Program-made: the position numbers and the translations under genes
The notes under the pieces: model-generated
Database searches by the model: none
What the model saw: only the letters and a program-made list of their open reading frames with translations
What the model was told of the DNA's origin: nothing
Assembly (NCBI RefSeq): GCF_006345805.1
Contig: NC_042999.1
Location: forward strand, 110,484,001-110,548,000
Length of the DNA stretch: 64,000 bases
DNA from: Octopus sinensis
Taxonomy: Eukaryota
Direction: 5' to 3'
Shown: piece by piece, positions 55,286 to 64,000 of the stretch
Layout of the letters: each line of letters opens with the position of its first letter
Position numbering within the stretch: the stretch's first letter is position 1

Positions 55286-56613
55286 AAGAAAAGAAGAGAA
55301 AGTAAGAGAGAGAAACAGAACTGGAGGAGGAGGAGGATGGCAAGAGGTACCAAAAGGAAGAAAAAGTGATAGAGAAGATGAAATAAGGTAGGAGAAAGAA
55401 TAAAAGAAAGAATAAGACAGAGAAGGAAGGAAAGGAAGGGATAGAAAAAGAGAAAAAGCAGGATAATAATAATAATAATAATATTAATAATAATAATAAT
55501 AATCATGATGATGATGATGATGATGATGATAACTTCAATAATAAGGATGATGATGGTGATGACGATGATAATGATAATGATGCTGATGATGATGATGATG
55601 ATGATGATAATTAGTTAGAGGATATTGCTTTTTAGATTCTTCCCCAAAACTTCTCACAGTTTGGGTTGCAAAACAAACTCGATTGGTATTAATGTAAAAA
55701 TGTTACAAAAGAAAAAAAAAACAACAATAATAGTACAAACAGAAATGGAAACAAAAACAGAGTTAAATACATAAAGTTTAAGTATTAAAAAAACATAATA
55801 AAATGAAAAAAAAATAATTGTTAAATGTAAAAAAAAAAAGAAAAATCCAGATATGAAAAGAAACATTCTAAAAGTTTATGAAGAAAGAGAAAATTTTTGA
55901 AAAAAATCTAAGACAAATGTGAGTAGAAGGAAATAATTTTGATGACAAAGAAAGACAATAGTGAGAAATAAAGAATATTCTTAAAAAAAGAAAAAAAAAA
56001 CAAATGGTACCAACAAAAAAAAAAAACTAAAAAGACAGAGGTCAGTAAAATTCTGTAATAATCCAATGAAAACAATAATAGCAACAATAATAAAAGTAAA
56101 AATAGCCAAGAATTAACACTTTTGTAAAACAATCTTTTATTATTTTTTAAATAGTTTTCCCAGACATGTAACTATTGTTTTACAAATCAAATGAAAATTT
56201 AGGAGGACGTACACACACATGCACACTCACACACACACATACACTCACACATGCATGCACACACACACACATACATGTGTGTATTAGACACACGCATATA
56301 CAGGCATATACATATATGCATGCATATATTCAGATATATGCATATATAATATATATACTAGTACATACATACATATATATATAAATATATAATATATATA
56401 AATATATATATATATATGTATATATATACATGTATGTATATATATATTTATGTATATATATAGATTTATATATATATATGCATATACTACATATGCAAAT
56501 ATATGTGCGTGACACTATGATATAGATAAAATTTTATAGTTTTCCCACATATGCAGATATATATACACACATGTGCTGCATGCGGAACTGTATACTCACA
56601 TGCATATACATAA

Positions 56614-56658
<45 letters not shown>

Positions 56659-57630
56659 TATATATACATATACATATATATATATGCATAAGTTCTTGCG
56701 TATACACACACACACACACACACATACATGCATGTATATCTACATATAGATGTATGTATATGCATTTATGCTTATTCAGTTAAAATAACATGCATTTACT
56801 TAAGTCTTCTATTGACATGCTTGTCCAGATGGGAGCTTGAAAAGTGAAGTGCCAGTGTATTTCTTTCACCCATCAGGGTGGCATCCTTGAAATTCTTTTT
56901 TGAATTTTTTGGGGGAGGGGAGGTCAAAAATAGGAGGGTCAAGAAGGCATCTACATATATACATCCATATAAACATACATACCCATATATGTATACATAT
57001 ATATATATATATATATGGGTATATATATATATCTATGGGTATATATGAGTATATATGTAAGCACATACACACACATATATATATATAAATATATGCATAC
57101 ATATATATAAATATATATATATATGTATGAGTGTTTGTGATGTACATGCCAGTGCAGCTGAGACTGTCTCTGTTAAAGCAATCAATTTTAAATATTTATA
57201 TTGAAAGTAAAACTGTCCTTAATCTTTTTTTTATATATCCTGGCCTATTCCCCATTTTTTTAGGTGGGGATAGCAACAACAGACACACACTAGGCATTTC
57301 ATTCATTCCCCAGTTCAAAGAGGTGCGGTCCATTCTATGCTTGGGTCAAGATATAGTATGCAAATCCCAATATCAGCAGCGGGGCCCAACGGCATATGCT
57401 GGTTTACCCCCACCACATGATGCTGGTTCTGTACCCCTTTGAGCAACATCAAATTCAGTCATCCATCCACAAACACTCTCCAAGCTTTCCTATCCTGGAT
57501 ATGACTATAAACTACATCCGGTAGTGGGACCCTGGGTTTGAGGAGTGTGGAACCACTTCTTAGTCACTATTGTTCTCAGATCTGCTCTGGTCTGGAGTGG
57601 TAGCACATGTATGGGTCCCAGCTATGGGTT

Positions 57631-58630
57631 AACTAGCAAACCCCACTGTGACTGGGGGGTTGGAAGGAATTGGTAGAATAGCTGAAAAAGATCGGTGCAA
57701 GTGTGAAGGTATGACACCCACAAAAATCAGCATCGTTTGGAACTGCAAAAATTCTTTGCATGATTTTTGAAGCATGACCAGTAAACAAGTGTCACGTTAG
57801 TCTGCTGGCTGTGGACAGCTGACACTTTCCCTCTTGCCCAGCAAAATAAGCTGTAAGTTTTCATATTGTAATAATAATATTGTATGTAGGCATTAGGCCA
57901 TACATTTTACTGTGAAGGATGTATGCAATTAAATGGCATATTTAAGAAAGAAAAGTGGAGTTGCTGACATCATATCTGAACCCATATCTGTCTTCTTTCT
58001 CCTACCCACTTGTCTCTTTCTTGTCTTTTTAGGAATATGAAATTACTAGGAGGAGTAGATTCCTACAGTCTCTTTGCTCCTGCTTCTTTTAGTCACCTCT
58101 TACACCATGCAGACAAGTGGGTGGGAGAAGGAAGACACCAAATCTCACCCTACTACTAGGGTTAACTATCCTTAATAATTTTAAAAAATTTTCCTATATT
58201 CTGAACACTTAGCTGTTTGATTAAATCCACATTTGAATATTTTCAGATATAATTGAAAGACACAGCCAATATATTTCCTGGGTTCAGATACTGATGTCAG
58301 CAACTCCACTTTTCTTTCTTAGATATTCCATTTAATTTCATACATCCTTCACTATAAAATGTGTGGCCTAATGCCAATATACAATATTATTATTATATGA
58401 AAACTCACAGCTTATTTTGCTGGGTATGATGGAAAGTGTCAGCTGTCCACAGCCAGCAGACTAATGTGACACTTGTTTACTGGTCATGCTTCAAAAACCA
58501 TGTGAAGGATTTTTGCAGTTCCATGCAGTGCTGATTTTTGTGGGTGTCGTACCTTCACACTTACACCGATCTTTTTCAGTCATTTTAACAACTCCCTCCC
58601 ACCCCCCTGTCGTAGTGGGATTTGCTAGTT
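57631..58630. repeat. Long inverted repeat: arms 57631-57984 and 58279-58630, with a nested 27-bp hairpin in the spacer
   Basis: The arms align as reverse complements at roughly 85-90% by eye. Each carries a Dong/R4 RLE 3' end (LKKIGASVKV..QKSA..GTAK) plus shared flanks. Confidence 0.92.
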
Positions 58631-58825
58631 GTTGTTGTTAAGGCGGTGAGCAGGCAGAATCATTAGCATGAGTTCAAATTCCGCTGAAGCCGACTTTGCC
58701 TTTCATCCTTTTGGGGTCAATAAAATAAATACAAGTCGAACACTGGGGTTGATGTAATTGACTTAATCCATTCCCCCAAAATTTCTACTCATGTAGCAAA
58801 ATTTGAAACCATTTTTATTATCATT

Positions 58826-59040
58826 AAGCCAGCGAGCTAGCAGAATCCTTAGTTTGCTGGGTGAAATGTTTAGTAGTATTTCATCTGTTGCTATGTTCTG
58901 AGTTCAAATTCCGCTGAGGTTGACTTAGCTGGTCATCCTTTCTGGGTCAATAAATTAAGTGCCTGTGAAATACTGGGGTTGATTTAATCGACTAGCACCC
59001 TCCCCCCAAATTTCAAGCCTTGTGCTTTTATTAAAAAGGA
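58826..59040 (+). mobile_element. tRNA-derived SINE (GCGAGCTAGCAGAATC...TCATCCTTT..GGGTCAATAAA family)
   Basis: Representative copy. Others lie near 10260, 17946, 26620, 28415, 29105, 29520, 34720, 37082, 37380, 45360, 46295, 54250 and 58640. Confidence 0.8.
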
Positions 59041-59309
59041 TTATTATTATTATTGTCTTTTATCCACCTCCTCATCATCACCACTACCATCACTGTTATT
59101 ATTACATTTATCTAAGAAGAAAAGAAATCCAATTGAAATACAATATGGTGTTTATCAATCGCCACTTCAGAATAAATATTCCAAAATATCTATACTTTTT
59201 GATAAAGCAAAATATGGGAAACTATTAAAATTTTTCATATTTGTTGTTTATAAAGTGTCAAAGAACATTTATAAATATTTATATATGTATATAGATGTGT
59301 ACATCAACA

Positions 59310-59342
<33 letters not shown>

Positions 59343-60259
59343 TCATATAGACACATGTACACACACACACACACAGAAATATATTTATATATTTTGTGTA
59401 TATTTGTATATTTTTCAATTTGTACAGTGGAAAAAGTTTCTTTGTATCTGTTCAACTTCTGTCTTTTCCACTTTATAGTTTTGAAAGAGTTTTAGTCAGA
59501 TTGAGACTTTGTTAGATGTGTATACATACATACATACATACATACATACATGCATACATACATACATACATACATATATATGTATACATATATATAGAGA
59601 GAGAGAGACACACACACACACACACATAAATAGACATATTCATATATATGTGTGTGTGTGTGTGTATGTAAATATATATCTTTATTTATAGAAGTTTGAG
59701 TGTAATAAAACAATGCAGAATAACAATATTATTATTATTAATGATGATGACAACGATGATGATGATAATTTCATTGAATAAATTTCAGGGAAAAATGACG
59801 CAACAAAAGTTAAGAAAAGATTGTTTTGGGAATTTACAAACAGTAAATAAAGTGGATAAAACAAATGAAAACACACAAAAAAACAAAAAACAATGCATAA
59901 ATGAAAGTTCTCTCAATCCATCCATGTTATTTTCTTAGTGTTTTTCTTTTTTTTTAAATAATTTTGTATGATTTTAGATTTTGTTTAAAAATTTTATCTA
60001 ATTTTTGCATTAATAATTGTTGTAGTAAAAATATCTCAGATTGAGTTTTCAAATTCTTCTGGCTTGATAAAATTAAATAAATTTTGTTGTTGCTAAATTG
60101 TTTAATTTTTTAATTTTTATCTCTCTCTCTCTTTCTGTGACATTTATATTTATTAATTTTCTTATTTAATTCCCCACCACCACTTTGCATGTATTTTGAC
60201 ATTATATATTTATGTGTGTGTGTGTGTGTGTGTATACATATATATATATATTTAGACAC

Positions 60260-60296
<37 letters not shown>

Positions 60297-60727
60297 CGCA
60301 CACATATATATGTGTGTATATATACACACACACATATATATGCATATATATACATATACATACATATATAGATATGTTTAATGCTATATTTATCAATAGA
60401 ACGTTTTCTTCAAATAGTAATTGTTGGTATTAACTTTTACTGTTGCTGGTTCACTTTCTTCTTCATGCTATTTGAGTAATAATAACAATAATAATAACAA
60501 TCATAATAATAAATGAAAAGATGAGCAATGGTGATGATGGTGGTAATGGTCATGATAAATGATGATGATTATGACGCTGATGATGAGGTAGAAGCTAGTT
60601 GGTTTCAAGATGATAAAGATAACCATGATGCTGACTGATGTTGTTGATGATAAGAGTGGTTGTGATAATGCCATAGATAATATAATAATAATAATAATAA
60701 TATATAATAAAGATAATAATAATAATA

Positions 60728-61278
60728 AATGCCCTGATGCAGTACCAGGCAGTGGCTCTCGTGGCTTCTGATCTTAACTGATTGGAAGTGTTATCATGTA
60801 CATTGTTTTGTTTTGGTATAAAAGATGGGCTACAGCAAATATTCTGGTCAATACCACAGGTTTGCTTGTCAGTTATTTGACCACAACCAGTTGAGCATGT
60901 CCCTTTGTGACTGATGATATGTGCATCTCTGGTCATGAGGAGAAGTAGTGGGGGTGCATCATAGCCATGTGTTGAGAAGGATTCTTTGGGGTTTGAATAA
61001 CTCACCTCTGGAAACAAGGGTATTTCGTTCAACATCCTTAAACAATCCTTATTCAGGGACCTTTTGAGCAGGATGGGCTACTTGACCAGATGAAAATTCT
61101 AACTGGGCCTACCTGCAAGGTCATGCCTTGTTTATCTTGATATGAAATCACCATGTCGCACACATATGGTTGTGATGCATGTGCCTGGTGTATCCTTATC
61201 AGACATGTAGTCATGATGGGTATACTGGGCTTCGTATATTTTACCCCAGTGTCACTTTGATGGCCTGCTCTCTCACTC
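60728..61278 (+). mobile_element. ~550-bp (AAT)n-tailed element, copy 3 (longest)
   Basis: Flanked by TAA-type repeats on both sides and begins AAATGCCCTGATGCAGTACCAGGC. Confidence 0.85.
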
Positions 61279-61299
61279 AATAACAACAACAACAACAAC

Positions 61300-61336
<37 letters not shown>

Positions 61337-61338
<2 letters not shown>

Positions 61339-61750
61339 GCAAAAGAATTTGACAAGCTCAGAAAATATAAAGACCTGCTCATTGAAATTGAGAAAGTGTG
61401 GCATCTCTAGGCATCAATACCAGTGATCATAGGAGCACTAGGAATGATCAAGAAGGGAACCGAAAATTATATGAGAATGATCCCTGGCTTACCATCCCTT
61501 ACCATCCCAAAAGATTGTCTTAACTGGTACATCACACGTATTGAGAAGAGCATTGTCGATGTGAGAACTATTACTACCCATGTATTTTAATTTAACTTTA
61601 TTTCTATCAAAAAAGAAAAAAATGAACGAACTAGTGAGTTTAGTTTAATGGCCTACCAATGTATACTATGAGTTTCTTTGCCCTAGGAGTCGGGAAGACA
61701 CTCGGCAAGAAATGGAAGCAAATTTGAAAGAAGAAGAAAAACCCATAAAT
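61337..61750 (+). mobile_element. 5'-truncated R4/Dong RLE end with 3' UTR
   Basis: KEFDKLRKYKDLLIEIEKVW..IPVIIGALGMIKKG...QKIVLTGTSHVLRRALSM*, then a UTR and (TAA)n. Confidence 0.9.
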
Positions 61751-61768
61751 AATAATAATAATAATAAA

Positions 61769-62659
61769 TACTGGAGATGTAAGAATTTCATGTGGCATTT
61801 TCCAGGGTGACTCACTATCACCACTCTTCTTTTGTCTAGCCTTAATACCTCTCTCAAAATTATTCAACAATGCACAGTACGGTTACAAAATGTTTAGTAA
61901 AAATATAAATCATCTCATTTGCATGGATGATTTAAAGCTATTTGCAAAAAATGACCAACAACTTAAGTGCTTACTAGCGATTGTTAAACAATTCAGTGAT
62001 GACATCAAGATGCAATTTGGCCATGATAAATGTGCAAAAGCTACCTTTATCAAAGGAAAATTGACAGAAACATCTAATGTTAACCTTGACCAGCAGAATG
62101 TCATAAAAGAGTTAGAACCAGTGGAGAGCTACAAATACCTATGGGTAATTGAAGGGGACAGAATCAAACATGCAGTGATGAGGGAAAGGACCAGAAGAGA
62201 ATGTTATCACAGAGTGAGAGCTATACTGAAGACAAAGCTGAATGCAAGAAACAGGATTGAAACAATCAATGCTTTAGCCATACCAGTTGTGACTTACAGT
62301 TTCAATATCATTAACTGATCAAATATGTAATCTTGACAGAATCCACCACACTAAGGCAGATATAGAACGACTTTAGCTGCCAAGAAAAGAAGGGGGCCAT
62401 GGACTTTTACAACTGGCATTAACAATGAAGATTGCTACAACTGGCCTAGACACCTACCTGAAAAACTCTGAGGACTGGATGTTAAAATTTGTCTCAAAAC
62501 ATGAAAACAAGAAAGCATCATACTCAGTAACAAAACAGGCAAAGGAATATCCAAGATCACATCTCACTCCTCTGGAACTTCACCATTCAAACTGATAGAA
62601 AGATAGATGCAAATAGGCCAGACATCATATTGAAAGACTTCAGACAAAAATCATAACTC

Positions 62660-62665
<6 letters not shown>
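61769..62665 (+). mobile_element. Internally deleted R4/Dong-type element: RT domain to start of RLE
   Basis: GIFQGDSLSPL, HLICMDDLKLFA, FGHDKC, YKYL, INALAIPVVTYSF, HH.KADIERL.LPRKEGG, then WNFTIQTDRKIDANRPDIILKD. Confidence 0.92.
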
Positions 62666-62713
<48 letters not shown>

Positions 62714-62984
62714 GTTGTTGTTGTTGTTGTTATTATTATTATTATTGTGCCCCATGTGCTATAGAGTGGATGAAGCCATTGCCCATATCACGAATGAATC
62801 CCTAGACTAGGTAGGAAGGATTATTATTATTAATCATTAAAATAAATGACAATAATCAAATAAAAGAAATCATCATAATCCTTGTCATCATCATCATCAT
62901 CATCGTCGTTGTCGTCGTCGTCGTTGTTGTTGTTGTTCTTCTTATTATTATTATCATTATTATTATTATCATTATTATTATCAT

Positions 62985-63352
62985 TCAGTAGTTTTATTTT
63001 TATAGTGTGCTTTCACTTCACTACCGAGCGCAGCTCTGTGTGCCTTGGGTATGTGCTGTAATTTGTTGTGATGCTCTGGTGGTTATTGTATGGAAAGTGT
63101 TCTGCGTAGGATGTGTGCAGTGCCTAGTAGTGCAATTTTCTGTATGTTATATGTGTTTGTAAGTCCTGGTGTTTTTGTTATGTATTTGTCTGAATATTTT
63201 TTTATCATGCCTAATGCACCTACTATGATAGGAATTGTTTCTGTTTTTAGATTCCACATTCTGGTTACCTCTATTTCCAGGTCTTTGTATTTTGAGAGTT
63301 TCTCCATTTCTTTTAGAGACACGTTGTCATCTGCCGGTATTGATACATCAAT
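62985..63352 (-). mobile_element. 5'-truncated R4/Dong RLE end with uninterrupted C-terminal frame and 3' UTR
   Basis: IDVSIPADDNVSLKEMEKLSKYKDLEIEVTRMW..IPIIVGALG...QKIALLGTAHILRR, with TAA-type repeats on both sides. Confidence 0.92.
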
Positions 63353-63861
63353 TATTATTATTATTATTATTATTATCATTATTATTATCATTATTATTAT
63401 TATTACTAGTAGTAGTGGCAGTGGCAGCAGTAGCAGAAGCAGCAGAAAAGCAGCAGTGTCGAGTACGTGAAAACAAAAACACATGAAAATCTAAATGACA
63501 TGTTTATTTTAAGATCAAAACTACCAGAGATAAAAGAAGATTAATAATGATAATAATATAACCACCACCATCACCACCACCACCACCACCACCACCACCA
63601 CCACCACCACACCACCACCACCACAACAACAACAACAACAGCACTAAAAAGATAAAGTAAAGAATTAAATAGGAATATAAATTTAATAAAATAAAGCCAA
63701 AAGTAAAAAAGCAAAAGTGATATTTTATTAAGTTTGCAACATGTCTTAGTCTATAACATGTTTACTCATTGCTTTGTATTTTTAAGTAAAAGGCCAACAG
63801 CAAAAGTTGAAAATAGTGGGTATTCAGAAGTTTACAGACACACACACACGCACACATTCAT

Positions 63862-63900
<39 letters not shown>

Positions 63901-64000
63901 CATACGTATAAGACCTAAATGCTATACTTAAGTACAACTATTGTCAAACATATATGTGCATATATGTATTTAAATATATGTGTGTGTGCATGCATAATAT

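Noticed and set aside
57240-57440. Minus-strand LINE-RT-like words (AVGP, SPPKKMG)
   Set aside because: Too degenerate to call without an alignment.

Overview
AT-rich, microsatellite-dense eukaryotic genomic DNA. The repeat families resemble those of Octopus spp.; this is my inference from sequence recognition, not a database result. There is no intact protein-coding ORF, and almost all ORF-track entries are translations of (TA)n, (CA)n, (CATA)n, (TAA)n or GA-rich tracts. The window is intronic or intergenic and is built from dozens of tRNA-derived SINE copies, several MITEs (hAT, piggyBac-like TTAA, pogo/Tigger-like) and decayed retroelement or transposon coding fragments. These fragments include R4/Dong-type RLE non-LTR elements, a Penelope RT, RTE and CR1/L2 LINE ends, and a Helitron helicase. 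No rRNA, true tRNA or CRISPR array is supported. The best host-gene evidence is a pair of paralogous 102-bp phase-1 exon candidates (2493-2594, 4888-4989); other exon candidates are weak. The most notable structures are: two (TAA)n hotspots stacked with Dong/R4 ends and a ~550-bp non-coding partner element; a ~1-kb fold-back with ~350-bp arms and a nested hairpin (57631-58630); a 55-bp inverted templated insertion copied from 3.3 kb away; a VNTR-bearing retroposon family; and three near-exact 380-480-bp tandem duplications that may be assembly artefacts. All family names come from motif recognition by eye, and coordinates of decayed elements are approximate.
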